Assembly (NCBI GenBank): GCA_963924565.1
Contig: OZ004615.1
Span: 3,286,001 to 3,350,000, forward strand
Reading direction: 5' to 3'
Source of the DNA: Ascidiella aspersa
Taxonomy: Eukaryota
Length of the DNA: 64,000 nt
The notes beneath the pieces are model-generated. The model did no database searches and was not told the origin of the DNA. It saw only the letters and a program-made list of their open reading frames with translations. This document shows, piece after piece, positions 1 to 14,500 of the stretch. Both the position numbers and the translations under genes were made by a program. Each line of letters begins with the position of its first letter. The first letter of the stretch is position 1.

Positions 1-3000
1 AATGTTGCGAATTACAACCAAAAACGTGTATCCAAAATAAAACAACGTGTATACCGCGTGAAGTAAAAAAAACACATTAAGCCTATTCCTAAAGATTTGC
101 GTTTTTATAAAGCAGCTATACAAATGTCATTGAAAAGGCGTGTTTCCCATGGTGATTTTTAACCGTGCTAAGATTGAAAACATAACTATATATGACGAGA
201 GGAGAATTGTCGCACTATAGTTTAAGTTGCCAAACAAGCCAACTTGCAAAGGACTAGTCGTGATTTAATTAAATGTGTTTTTACACTTCAATCTCACAAC
301 TTGGTTAGTAAAACCAGCGATGTATTTCAGTTGAAAATGCCATTATTTCCGGTGTTCATGCAAAATTTCTAAAACTAATAAATTTCTCGGGAACATCCGA
401 CAATTGTTCAGGGAACACTAGTGTACTGCGGAACACCGGTTAAAAATCACTGCTATATAATTTTTAAAATTCAACAAGTATTTTATTTTTTTTGTATTGC
501 CACGTAAGTACCTAGTGATTTGTGGTTAAATTTCTCTCTATCCAAAGTTTAGTTTAGTGATGTAATATCTTCATATATATAAGTATGTATGTATACCTAC
601 GCTAGAATCGTCATTGGCTTCAGAAAACAGCAGTCTCTTATTTAGTGTTGTTAACTTTAACTTAAAATATATAAAGTCCAAGCCGTGAATAGCTAGTTAA
701 GTCAATGCTTTATTGTTTATTTCTACTAATATAACAATCAAGCCCAATAAGGTCCGCTTGGTACAAAATAGCATGGTTTCCGTTAAAATTGTAATTTATT
801 TGACCTTTTTGTAGCGCCACTTTGTGTAAGTGTAAGTCGAACTTTGAACAAACATCTGTTAAGGCCGTTAACCCGCCAGCTCATAAGTGTAGGCATAAAA
901 TTTCGTCTTCCTCCATTTGAATAGGCCTACGGTAAACATTGTCACGCCATATTAAGCGCATTTAACGGGTAGTTTAAATTTAAGACTTTTTTTGTGTGTT
1001 GCCCTTTGAGCTACAGGGAAAATGTTGTTGATTGGAATTGCTACTTTGAAATGAACTTTGATTTTTGCAAAACGTGATCAACGACATTTACATTCTGTCT
1101 CGAACTGGGGTGATTATATTGTAATTTACGAGATCTGCCGTAAGCTCAAAGTAAAAACAGGGTTGTTCCTAAGCAAAAATTTACACTCGCCAGTTGGGCG
1201 AGCGGTAATCAATCAGCACTCGCCCGGACGAAATACCACTCGCCAAAAATATGCGGTTATTTCTTGGGTTATCGTTAACCTGACTTATGGTTTCTATACG
1301 TAAACATTAGTTTTTATAAAAGTCTGGTCGTTTATTTCCATGCATGGATAAATACATTAATGACCCATAAAGCAGTTTACGCTTAAAACAATGTTTTTTA
1401 GCGAAATATTCGCAATCTTTAGTGAAAAAATAACGCCATTTTTCTAAAAATGCTCCCGTGCGCGCTCTCGTTTTTTCATATTGTGACATTTATTTGCTTG
1501 AAGGACGTTTCACCGTAGGTTGCTTCGCGCCACAAACAAAACGCAACATTTTGCCTAACACTATAGTTACTGGTTGAACAGAAAACACTGACAAAATTGT
1601 CAAATTTACATCTAAACCATTCATTCGAAAAAAAAAAAAGAAAGAAAAGTTAAAAACCACATGCACCAGAGGTTCTGTGCTGCGCGACGCCCTATAGTGG
1701 GTCGTTTCAATTTTTTAAGGGTCTCCGCAATGGTTCGGTTGTATCTTAACGTAATTCCAATAAAAAATATTTTATCTCATAAAAAAATGTTATTTTTTAA
1801 GCTTTGGCTTGGTTGACCGCTATTAAATTAAAAGATCGCAACACATACTTACGTAGACTAATTGCTAATTATCAGCTGTAGTTACACAAGTAGGCGACAC
1901 AACATGGCGTCTTTGATTGTTTGCCGGTAAACGACTTTTTGAAAACGGGACAAAGCGTCTTTATTACGAGCTTCAAACGTGACTTCGATTAACTTTATTA
2001 TTTGTGTAGTGTTGAATGTATTTGCGTCTTAGTGATTAAGGAAATAACTGGCGCTAAGTAATATTTCGCTTAGTAGTGGTGCTTAACACAAGTTGTCCTA
2101 CACTATAGCAACTAATTAATTTTTTAGCCGAAGCCACTCGCCAGTCGGGCGAGTGGTTGTCATTCAGCACTCGCCAGGAGCGATTTGCACTCGCATTGGC
2201 GAGCGGGCGAGTGCTTAAGGCCAACCCTGAAAAATATAATGTTTTAAATAAACTTTTGCTAAAGGATTTGGTGGAAAAAGAAAAAAAATATTGACGATCG
2301 TATATGACCGACTTGATCTGTTCTTGATTTTTGAGACTTGGCATATGATAACAATCGCTGGCCCGGAAATTATTTTAATTTGAAAAGTTTTGAAAATTAA
2401 TCCTGATTTTCGGAATGTGTCCCACAGAGGAATTAATTTTCATTTGAACTCGTTGATTGTAGAGTGCCTTTAAAAGTAGAATGCCTTTAACGGATAATAC
2501 ATTAATCGCAATGGCTAAGTTAGGAATAATCTTTTTTTTTGCAAACATTTGAAACAGCAAAAAACATTTTGAATTGATCTCGTTAACTTATAAATAATTA
2601 GTTCTATTAGAGTTTTGAAGGAATAATATCCTCAATCCAAATTGCTAAATTTCAAATAAATTACAAATATGTGCAAAGCAGGGTTAGTGGTGATTTCAAT
2701 TACCATCGAACATGTTAAATACGAGAGTGGTATGCGGAAAATACAGTTTGAAAACTTGGGATAGCAACTTATTCAAGACAAATATATATATATTTTTTTT
2801 TTGGAGGGGGGGGGGGGGCTTTAATTGAAACTGCGATTGCCTCCCGTTCGATTTTTGCAAACTGTGATAATCGGCAACAAAGTAGCAAATATTGTTGATT
2901 GTAATTTTTCCAAACTCTTAGCAGGATGATTGATGAGCAACAATTATATTTTTAACTATGAGCTCGATTATTTACGTCAAACGTTGCTCTTGAAGATTAG

Positions 3001-3109
3001 AGGGAAAATATTGTTCAACAGAATTATTAATTCGGTATAGTGTCTTTGTTTTTTTGTGAAGTGAAATAAAGAAAATGTCGCTTAAAGTTGTCGATTTACA
3101 GCAACAATT

Positions 3110-5990
3110 GGACTTTGAGCTTTAAAGGGAAACTACATTTTGCATCGAAGCAGGATAATTGACGAAAATCGTCCTTTGAGATTGATCAATTTTCCTAATG
3201 TGGGAATGACCTTGATATTTTGGCACAACGTGTTAAAGGGCACTAAATTGTGGCTTCAACTTCGTTAACAATTTACGGCAGCGCTATTAATAGACACGAA
3301 GGTCGCAAATTGAAAATCTCCGCTAGTTTGTTCAGTGTCACTTGAAGTTATTGCGACTAACAAAGGCCTTTACGACGGCCTACGGATGATGTAATAATCT
3401 TATTACGAAAAACAAACTCTTGATAAGGGCAAAAGGTTACTGTGCGATTGTAATAGGGGTTTGTTTCCAAGTACTTAGCTCCAAAATTATTAAGTTTTGC
3501 TGCTAGGTAACATTTTGGTCGATCAACATAATTTTTTTTTTATTTAAAGTATAAACAAACAACACATAATATAAAAATTTCGGTCTTCCGAAAAATATTG
3601 TATCACGTTTGTGTTTCATTACTTCACAACTTTCGAACACGAAGGTTAGGTTACCGGGATTTTTAGGCTGAAAAAAATAAACCCCGTGGAAAAGGTATTT
3701 TTTAAGTGGCAACGATTCTGCTATAATTGCAAATTTTAATTAAGGTAATACAACTTTAAGGCAGTCGAAAAAGTAATAAAAAACGGGTTTCACATTACAT
3801 TACCTTAAGTTTATGGAACTTTTTAGGCCTGAAATGATAATAACTTTATTGGTTAACTTTTGTGACTAAGTTAAATTTAGCAAATGTGAAGTCATACGCT
3901 TGGCAATTGAACCTGTTGAGTTAGTAGAGGGCAATCAATTGCGCACTATTTATCGGTGGGCGGTTTAAGCGCAGCTCGAACAAAGAGTCGCAATTAAAAC
4001 ATACCGCTACCATCGTGTATAAGAGAATTCTTGTTAATATTTTGAACCGCGTATTGCGGAGGCGAGAAATCTTTATATAAAAAGAACAAATAAAACCTTT
4101 GATTTTAAAACGTTTTCGACCTTTGTATGGATGTAGGGCTCCAATTTTAACAACACAAATCGCGCAATGTTTATTAACCCAGAGTTATCAGCTTATTAGC
4201 TCCTACCTTATTTGCATGCAGCGTATTAAGCCATTAGACGACCAGCAAACACTTAACTTTTGCTCAAGAGTTTCGCGCTACCATTCGAGTGCATTACCTC
4301 ATCATCAAAAGTCCTCGGGAAAAAACATTCAAAGGTGGCCAAGGGCAAACACATTTCGAAAACTCGGAAAGTATTTCATTGAAGAGAAATTGTTTATTTG
4401 AACCTTTAATTGAAATACTTTAAGTGCGATTGCTTACTTAGGAATGTTGTTCAATTTTATTTTGACGATAGAACTTCTTAATTCACAACAACATGTTCAT
4501 TTGAACTTCAATTTGAAGCAAAAATTGCTGGTTGTAATTTTCGACGAAAATTACTAATTCGGTCATCAGATGCACTTTGAGCCTTAAAGGGCAACTACAT
4601 TTTGCATCGAACCAGGATAATTGACGACAATCGTCGCCCTTTGAGTATCAGGGTAAAAGTATTATTGATCGACTTTCCTAATGTGGGAATGACCTTGATA
4701 TTTTGGCACAACGTGTCAAAGGGCAATAAATTGTTTTATGACAGCTCAATTAATATACAGGAAGGTCGAAAATTGAAAAAACACGGCTAGTTTATTTAGT
4801 GTCAGGTGAAGTTATTGACTGACAACGATTTTTACGACGGCCTACGGATGATGTCAGAATCTTATTACGGAAAAATACTGGTGTAAAGGTCACTGTGCGA
4901 TTGTATGAGGGAATGACAACTGATTCCTTTTCTTGATTTTTATGAATCTTTCTCGACACTCGAGGTTTAAAATAATTCAGTTTTGCTGCTAGGTAACATT
5001 TTTACCGACCAACATATTTTTTTAGTTTGAAGTATATAAGCAAACAACACATAACATACAATTGCGGTCAACACATAATATAGAAAAATATTGTATCACG
5101 TTTCATATCTATATACTACACAACTTTCTAATATGTAGGTTAGGTTACGGGGACTTTTATTGCACAAAATCGAAATCCTGCAGCAAGTTTTTTTTTTTAA
5201 ATTACCAACGTTTCTAAAATAAATGCAAATTTCGTGCAAGGTGAAACAGCTATAAAACAGTCGCAAAAATAAAACGAAACATGTTTGAAATATATTATTT
5301 AAGATTCATGCGAAAGTGAAATAATATACGTTACATTGATTTACGCCTGAAATTATGTCCATTTTATTGAATGACTTTGAGACAAAGTTAAATTTAGCAA
5401 ATCTGAAATGGGCCATTGATTCTGTTATTCTTTGGTAAAGAGTCAATTGACCATTATTCGGTAAGAACGTTTTGCCCGCAGCTATTGCGAAGAATCGCAA
5501 TTTAAAAATACTGTTAGCATCGTTCATAAGTGAAATCTGGTTAATAGTTTTAACGGCGTTTTTTAAACGAGAATTCGCTTAAAGGATAAAAAGGTAAAAC
5601 TGTTGTGTTTTTAACCTTTGTTTTCCCAAAAGTTGCCCAAAAAACCTAAAGTTAGGTGCATGAGCATCAATAAGCGATTAGTCGCGTAATTTAAATTGCG
5701 ATACAATAAATAATTATGAACATGTGACTAAAGCACGCGGCTCAGGGACTGCGTGATCACTCCATGACAAAAACTTTTGATTTTAAAACGACGTTTGCGA
5801 CCTTTGTGCCGATGTTAGGACTCCGAATTTCAACAACCCAAACCGTGCGATATTGATTGACCCTTAGTCATCAGCTAATTAGCCCCTACCTCATTTGCAT
5901 GCAGCATATTTCGCCATTAGACGGCCTGCCAACACGTAACTCGCGCTCAAGGAGTTTTGCGCAATTATTCAAGTACATTTCCACTTTATC
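3110..5990. repeat. Diverged direct duplication, units ~3110-4330 and ~4575-5990
   Basis: Collinear shared blocks: actacattttgcatcgaa (3132/4593), ttcctaatgtgggaatgaccttgatattttggcacaacgtgt, gttttgctgctaggtaacatttt, cttttgattttaaaacg, atttgcatgcagc. Confidence 0.85.
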
Positions 5991-8469
5991 CGACGAAACA
6001 TGATTGACCTTTGCTTTTTCGTAGGCCATGGAGGTGCGACAAGGCGCCATTTTTACATCGAAACATCACGTTCAATTTTCAAGGTCAAATATAATGTAGA
6101 AGGTCAATTCTCAACCAAGCGTCGTGATGGGGCAAGGGCGATGGTTAGGTCATGCCATTGAATTGCGATATGAGCGTAGTTTTACATGGAATTGCGATAT
6201 GACCGAAGTTTTACATAGAATACATCTCGTTCGATTTTCGTGGTGGAAGTCCTAATGTATAACAGGCGTTTTTAAACTGGGATTCTCGGACACATTTAGG
6301 GTTGCTGGACTAGTTTTAAGGGGTCTATAAATGCCTAATTGAAATTTTAGTGTTTAAACTAAAAAAATGAAAAAACTGGTAGGGTTAATAGGGTTTAATG
6401 TATTGCTTTAATAATCGCTTTATAGGAACCAAAAAGTATTATTTTGGGCAAAAAATAATATCTTAGGCAAAAAATAATCTCTTAGGCAAAAATAACCACT
6501 TCTAAAGCTAAATTCGTGCCAACCAAGCTATAGTATAACGTTATAAATTGAAAGTTGGGCCAATTTAACCTATATAAATGCAATATTTGATTATGCCCGG
6601 TTTCAGCTGCTAGGAGGAAGAAACGAACACTGACGAGCGAAAATTCGGGGGTACGAACGCTTGCAGAATAACATGGGGGTTCGACAGGTTACCAAATGTT
6701 AAGAACCATTGATCTAGCAAAAAGACAGCTTAAAAGGGGTTTTCAAGGGCAAGTTGTTGCTCCCCTGACGGCGACCTTTGGAATATCGCTTACGTGCTCC
6801 GGTCCATGATATTCAGGCCCCACCGTAAATTCAAATGCGCTCAACAAAGACCCCTTGTGTTTTGCGTTGTGTGTTTTAGGTTTTTCGTGCCGTTTCGTCC
6901 GCGGGACCAGGCGGGTGTTACTCGGGCAGCGGAAAATAACAGACACACCCCTCTCGATATCACATGATGGAAAGTTTGAGCAAGGAAGGTGACAAACATG
7001 TATGGCCAGCGACTCTGAAATAAGACCCCAAAGTACAAGCAGTATACCCACCATTGAAACATACAAAACCCACATTGTATATCATTTTTTGGTCGCTGAG
7101 GTACACTTTATTTCAGTTAATCTTATGGAAGAAATAAAAGTGAAAAAGCTATAAGGAGATGTGGGTTATATTAAAATAAGTGACCGTAACTTTCTCATTT
7201 TTTATTAGTTCAGGCCATTTTGTCAGCAATCTTTTACAATAAAGATACAGATGCCGGCTCGACGAATGGCCTGAAATATTAAACAGCCCATGTTAAAAGG
7301 TTAATATTCTTCCTTTTTTGTGTGTAGTATTAGGGGTAGTGGAAAGTGCCAGTTAGCAAATACTTGGTATTTTTTTCCGACACCAATACCAAATGACGTC
7401 CTTTTTATGATCCAAAAAGCAAAACAGATAAAATGCAATGCTTAAAGGTAATTTTTTTCAGGGCATTAAGAAAAAATATGTTTTTGTACAAAGCAAAAAT
7501 TTGCTTTATTGTAAACATTTTTTTCTAGATGCCACTTTTTTTTAATTTTCCTTTCAAGGTAAAAAAACACAACGCTGCTTTGGCGCAAATCACAGCCAAA
7601 TACCAAATTAATCTCGTTTCGGATCGGCACCAAAACCAACCTAGTATCGGTATAGTAGCGATACTACCGTGGGTATCGGATTGCGGCACCAACCCAATGT
7701 TATCAGACATCCCTTGTATATAGTGGTAATTAGGATCGAACTTTTGCGCCCCTTTCTCACTCCAAAAACAGCTTCTGCTTAAAAAAAGCGATTCACCCCA
7801 ATTAGGCAAACATCGTATGAAACTGACTTTATTCAAATTGATTATTTTCCGCGTAAGATAAACAACAATTATTTAAAAAAAAAAACAATATTTTTTAAAG
7901 ACCATTTTGTTACACGATTAGAGCGATACTTAACCTTGAACTTGTCGAAAAAAGCCAAGTTCGTAAAGTGGAGAAAAATTGTTTTACAAATTTTAAGTAC
8001 GGGTGAAATAAAAAAATATTTTCCTATAATACTATATAACTACGAGGTGACGTCGAAGAGATATCTCAACTTAATTCCAGTTTTTTAGGTCTATTTGTTA
8101 TTAGACACTTTACATATTTTCTAAACAACACTATTTAGTTTTTACAGCAATATTTAATTTACTTCTGATTGTTAGTAATCTACAACTCCTGAATCAAATT
8201 ATTTATATTTTTATATTTCGAGGGCGGACGCTCTCATTTGTTGTACCCCGGTTATGGAAAATTAATTATTTTCAGGGTGCTGGTACGATGATGTCATTCA
8301 GTTTGTCAGAGAATCATTACCAGAAGTTAAAAATCGCCCCATCAGCAAAAAATCGAAATTTTCCCCGCGACATCGCAACTAGACAAACAATGGCGCCACC
8401 TTGCACAAGACAAACAAGTCAAAGTTCCTCTTGCGATCGATACCAAGCAAAAAAACAACTTCAGGCGTC

Positions 8470-8476
8470 TATAAAA
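8470..8476 (+). promoter_or_regulatory. TATA box of the chitin-binding protein gene
   Basis: TATAAAA 114 nt upstream of the ATG, with a pyrimidine-rich Inr-like TCACAC ~30 nt downstream. Confidence 0.6.
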
Positions 8477-8583
8477 GACGGTTACCCACGAGATTTTCTT
8501 CACACTTCAAGCTACAACTTGAGAAGGAATCTTGCAGCAAAAGAAGAATTTTGAAAAAAACGACTCGACGAATATTTTCCGAA

Positions 8584-11500
8584 ATGTTTTTGCGTGGAAC
8601 GGTGACATTTTTGGGCTTGGCTCTTCTGGTTTTTGCAGAGGCCATTCCTATGGAGATTGAGGCGGTAAGATAAATCAATAGACTTTAAATTGAATATAGA
8701 CTTTGATTTTGCTTAGTGTTTTATATTTCATATACTTCAGATAACAAATCCTTTTTTCCTTAGGAACAGTTCTCTTTTATGTCAAAAAATGCGCAAATTG
8801 TTTATGAAACTCATTATTTTAAGTGATAAAAATTCTGCTTTTCTTTTGTAAGGCCAATAACTTCGCATAATACGTATCCCTGCATTTGTTTTATTTATTT
8901 AAACTTGTGCGCAGCAAAAACACAAAGTTCTCCCTTTACGTCAAAAAATGCGCAAATCGTTTACGAAATTCAATATTTTTAAGACAAAATTTGCATTTCT
9001 TTCGTAAGGATAACAGAATTGCATAGAACAGATAAACGTAGCACTCATTTTTTTTCTAAATTGTGTTTGCAAACAGGCTTCGGAAGAACAAGCTTCAAGA
9101 CAGAAAAGAGCCGCTTTGAGTGGTAGGTCTAGCATAAAAGATAAAACATTTACGGACGTTAACTCTTCAACTTTTTAAAACATATTTTCGCATTATTTTG
9201 TTGCAGATTTATGCCATGACTCTAGCGGAAAGCCAATCAGCGGTCCACCGTTTGAAAAACCTGGAGACTGTGACCACTTCTACCAGGTTTTTGCACTTTT
9301 TTACACTTCACATTTTTCCGCCTTTTCTTGCTATATACTTAAATGCAAAAAAACACACTGTGAATCTCAATTATGCGTCTAGTATATGTCGTTTTGCTTT
9401 CTAGTAAGCCTGTTTTGATAAAAAAGCGTTTCAGTCTGAAGCGTATCACCCTCATTTTTTTTCCTCTTAAATTAAACCACTAACAAATAAAAAAAATTGT
9501 ATAAAGTAGATCTTCACGACGCTTGTTTTAGATGTAACTTCGTGACGTCACACTTTGAAGTAAATTTGTGACGTCAACCTACGACGTAATTTTGTGACGG
9601 CATCGTAAAAAAAATGCATATCCACGAACAAAATGCTGCCTGGCATATGTATATCAACACCTGGAATCAGCCACTTCGTAAATTAACTGGAAAAACACAG
9701 TGCTTGCTTACTCATATATAGGTTAAAACACCCTTTGACATTCCATCAATGTGGCTTCGGTTGCTTTGCAAAACATTAGGTTGATATTTAGGACTTAGCC
9801 TAATTGCCAGTTTTTATTTGCCAGGGTAAATGTAACAGATTGGAACATTTCCCTTTAGAACAGTTTTTAAGTTGTCGATGTTTTGGGTTGTTTTCAGTGT
9901 TCAAACGGCTACTTGTATGTGATGCCATGTGCGCCTGGAACCGCGTTTAACCCCGACATCGGTGTGTGCGACTGGCCTTACAACGTAGAAGGCTGTGGAA
10001 CCGGTGGTGATCCAGTCCCGCCAGTCAGTTGTACGTATACAGTTTAGTTTTCTGCGGTAATCTGTCTTTCTGGCGCAAGTTAAACACAGTTTGCAATTGC
10101 TATAGTCTGCATAAGATTTTTTTGGCTACCCTCCAGTTCATATAACCAGTTGCAAATATGGGCAAGGCTTAAAATAAAATACTTTTCATATTTAAACAGG
10201 CATGTAAATTTTTGGTGATGACGTCATAAAGTTTCTAGGCATCACCTACATTTTTGATAATGTTTAAGCAAAACAGATAAACAAAATAACGTTCTATCTA
10301 ACGAAAAAAAGGAAATTAAATTTGCGATTTTGAAATTGATTTGTTTTCGCGGAACGAAACTGGGAACAATAATGGAAACATAATGCAAATTATGAAATTT
10401 TCCAGGGAGATAATCTTACCTACTATGTTTCCGTGAAAAAACGAATACAGGTTCGTAGTTTTCAATTGGCGACAAAATACCATTTCTCTGTTTTATTTAA
10501 GGTTTGTGCTACGACAGCGACTTGAAACCAGTGACGAAGGGACCGTTCGAAAAACCAGGCGATTGCAACAACTTTTATCACGTAAGTCTTTTGGGTTTTT
10601 TTTGAGCAGGGGTGGATCCAGGGAGGCACGTAGCCATTACCCTCCCCCCCCCAAAAAAATAAAAATTATATATATATTGTATTACAAATAGGTATACAAT
10701 TTGTTTTAAAAAAAAAAAAATATATATATATAATATAACTATGTTTTTAAAGTTATATACAAAGGCATTTTTTCACGCTGCACGCGATTGTTTTTCGTCT
10801 TTCCAATATTAAAAATATGCCACGTTTTAACGTAACGATGCCACGTTTTAACGTAACGATATGACGTAATTTGTGCTGTCACGTTTTGACGTAACTCTGA
10901 CTTCAAATTGAAACTTTTTTCATATCGCCTACATACGAAAACCAACCCTTGCGTACCCATACTTCAAACACGCTAACTTATATATTACATTTGTACAGTG
11001 CGTAGATGGGAAATTGGAAACCCACTCATGTCCGTCAGGTCTTGCCTTCAACCCTGACACCAAAATGTGCGATCACCCACACAACGTTCCAGGTTGTGGG
11101 GCGCCACCAGTTTGTACGTACTTGTTTATATTGCAGTTTAATACCGTTTATCGAATTAACAGTGTTGTAAACAAGCAATTTTGAAATGATTCACGTCCCA
11201 ATCAATAGATTAGTATAATTACCTAAGTCCAAGATAATTATTAATGCAAAAAAAAATTCAATAAAAATTTGGATCAACACCGATACTGCAACTTGACATC
11301 GGATATTGGTTCCGATTCAAAATTATCAGATATCCCTGTAGCTAAGTTTATAATTAGCGTTGTATGTGTGCTTCCAAAAGGTATGTGCTTTAACGAGGAC
11401 ATGGAACCAATCAGCACAGGCCCATTTGAAAAGGCGGGCGACTGCGACAACTACTACAAGGTAACCGTTTTGACAAATTCAATTTACTACTTATTCATTT

Positions 11501-14500
11501 TAAAACAATGCTTTCAAATATTTTTTGGCTTACAGCATCATATGGAATATACATCGCACACTTCCTAGCATTTAATTTGTTTAGTATCAAGTTAGCAAAA
11601 TTTAAGAACACGCATCAACAATGTTGGAGGCCATTTTTTTCATAGTCTACCTTGTAAAGTCAAATAATTCCATTAATAACCTTACTGAAAGAACAGTATT
11701 GGCAAAGCAGTGGCTCGAGACCCGCAAGCGTATGATGTTTGTAATGTTAGATATATAGTGAACAATATGGTATGCCAATTTGCCTAAAGTTACAAATTGA
11801 ATTGGGCAGTTACTCAAATCCTTATCTATAATTTTAAGCATGATCTATATTAAACGCGTTAACAGGGTGATTGCATGGAGGTCTTGGATATTTTTAATCA
11901 ATACATATTGTATGCGTAGTCTACTTATTATTGATGTTGTGTACCGTTTCCAACAAATCTGACTATATATGTGTAAGTGAGGATGAAACGATTATGTTCT
12001 GACCATGTGTCAGGGGTTGCTCTTCTTGGGTAACACAGTACGCTTGAGTCGCACTCGAGACTCAACAAAGTCGGTTTATTACGCTGGAGTCGGATTCGGG
12101 GCTCGATTAAGACTTACGTAAGACTGCCGATTCCCGAGTCCAACGTGCGCATGCGCAGTACCAAATTTTTAAACCGATGGCAGCAAACTGTGAATTGAAA
12201 AGGTAGAACATTTTGAAATATTTTCCAACCATGTGTTATGGGTGGGTGAGTTATATCAAACCCAGCTAAGTGGATTGCTGTATATACACCGCATTTTTGT
12301 TACGTAAATGGGTGGAATATAGGCTGCAAAGTCCTAATAGGAAAAGAGGCTCTACGAAGTTGGCAATTTGGCTAGAGTTAGAATCGACTTTATTTATTAG
12401 GAGGAATTCGTGCTCGGAAGTGGGCTATTAACAGACCCACAACCCTGGTCTCTAGATATCATTTAACATTCAGAGCGGCAACCCGGTTCGATGAACATAG
12501 CATTTAAACTAACCAAAAAAACAACGTTTTTAAAAGTGTATCGACGGCAACTTGCACACGATTGCATGCGATCCTGGAACCGCTTTTAACCCTGCAACCT
12601 CATCATGCGGCAGCCCAAGCAGCGTACCAGGCTGTGGACCGGTCAGTGGAACAACACCTGGACCATCAGGCAAGCCAAACTAGTTCAAAACTACTTATAT
12701 TATGACTGATGGACTGTTGATGTGCGCCGACACATTTTAAGGTTTATACCAGAGGTTTTTAAACTGTGCGTCGCGACGCCCTGGTGAGTTGTTTCAATTT
12801 TCTAAAAAAAGAACGTCGCACACTATTTGCGTTTTGTATGTATACTCGAAGGATCACTAATTAATTGCATAACTGTAAACAGAAAAAGTAATTTAAAGCC
12901 CATGTTATTCGATTTGCTAGTATTATATCGTAATGAAAAATGGTAAGGGTTCCAAATACAGAACCGGATTGTGACGTATTAAAACTGTGCGTCGCGACGC
13001 GATGGTGCGTCTTTTCAATATAATTGCCTTACACGCGCGATTAAACTCATTGTGACCGAAATAATGCAGCAACCTATTATAATTCTAAGATACAACAAAC
13101 AAATAATAAATCAATAAAGATAGATTTCTATCGCTTGGTTCGTCGCAAGACCAACAAACTTTTCCAATTGAGTCGCACGAAAAAAAGTTTGACAACCACT
13201 GGTTTGTATTATATAGAAACTCCGCATTAAAGCTTGTTTGCGACAACAACTTGTACATAACTGAACTCGTATCAAGGGGATTTTATTTCAGCCAAAGTTA
13301 CGAAATTTCTTCACCTGTTTGCTAGTTTGTTAGGCGTTTGATTGGCGGATTATTAATTTTAATATTGTTAGTAGAAGTAGTAATTTGAAGCCAGTTTTAT
13401 CACGTCTGCTAATGTTGTGTCGTAATAAAAAAAGTAAAGGTTCCAAGTTTCCAACTCTAAAGAACCGGTATGTCACCCCATGTACATATTGTCTGGCACT
13501 TATTACTGCGGCCGATTCAGAAGCTACAGTCAATGCTCTATATGGAGTTGATAGAAACTTTATTCTGGTACTGTGTGGCACATGAGGGCTTGACAAAGAT
13601 TTGACAATTAATGTGGGTTGTATACAGGACCATCATGCAAAGGACCGAACGGCGAACCTTTGAGCACAGAACCCTTTGAAAAGCCCGGCTCTTGCACACA
13701 GTTCTACCAATGCGGAGCAGGTAAGACTTTGATTCCAAGCCATAAAGGAATCAGGTGGCAGTATATAAAGACAATTTTTATTGATTCTCGACAAGCTTTT
13801 GCCCAAAACAATTTGACCTGACATATGCGCCCCCTGATTACCCTATTTAGAATTAGACAAATACGGCCATTCACAAAGGTTTTAAGTAATGTTTCTTAAC
13901 CTATTTAGGCGCCTTTACCCATGAAAAGAGCTTGTTGGGTTTAAACAGGTACTTTAAATAATGCAAAACTGCAGCCTGATCTAAAATGTTGAATAAACAA
14001 CTTCGGAACGACATATTAACAAAATAGGGATTACAAACGTAAACAAATGGATCGCTGAAGACTACTTCTTTCAGCTGTTCAAATACAGCATCTTACATCA
14101 CTGTTTATTCAAAGATTAATATAAAAAACAATTGCCAGCCCAAGTAAACAGTACAGTGGTTCGCATTACGCCACACTAGTTTATTGTGCATTCAGTAACT
14201 TGTGACTTTAGCTAATGACATGAATTGACAAACGTTTTATCAGTTTGATTGCACTTGTTTATTCAAATGGTGGTTGTAACGCTCCGAGTGAAGTTAGTTA
14301 ATTCTTGTTTCGCATTTGTATTTACATGTAATACTAATTATAATGACTTGGATTGATCAAAGAATGACTTATCAAGGACTAAAGTTATTTATAAAAAGAA
14401 TTGACTGGAACTTATCATGGAGAACAACCGGTTTTTAACACTGCTTATCATATGACCTCGCCCATTTGAAATAAAATATACTTTAAATAGTAAATTTTCG

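Noticed and set aside
6743-7075. 110-aa minus-strand ORF and a possible + strand exon at 6880
   Set aside because: No recognisable domain or partner exons; all + frames stop shortly after the acceptor.
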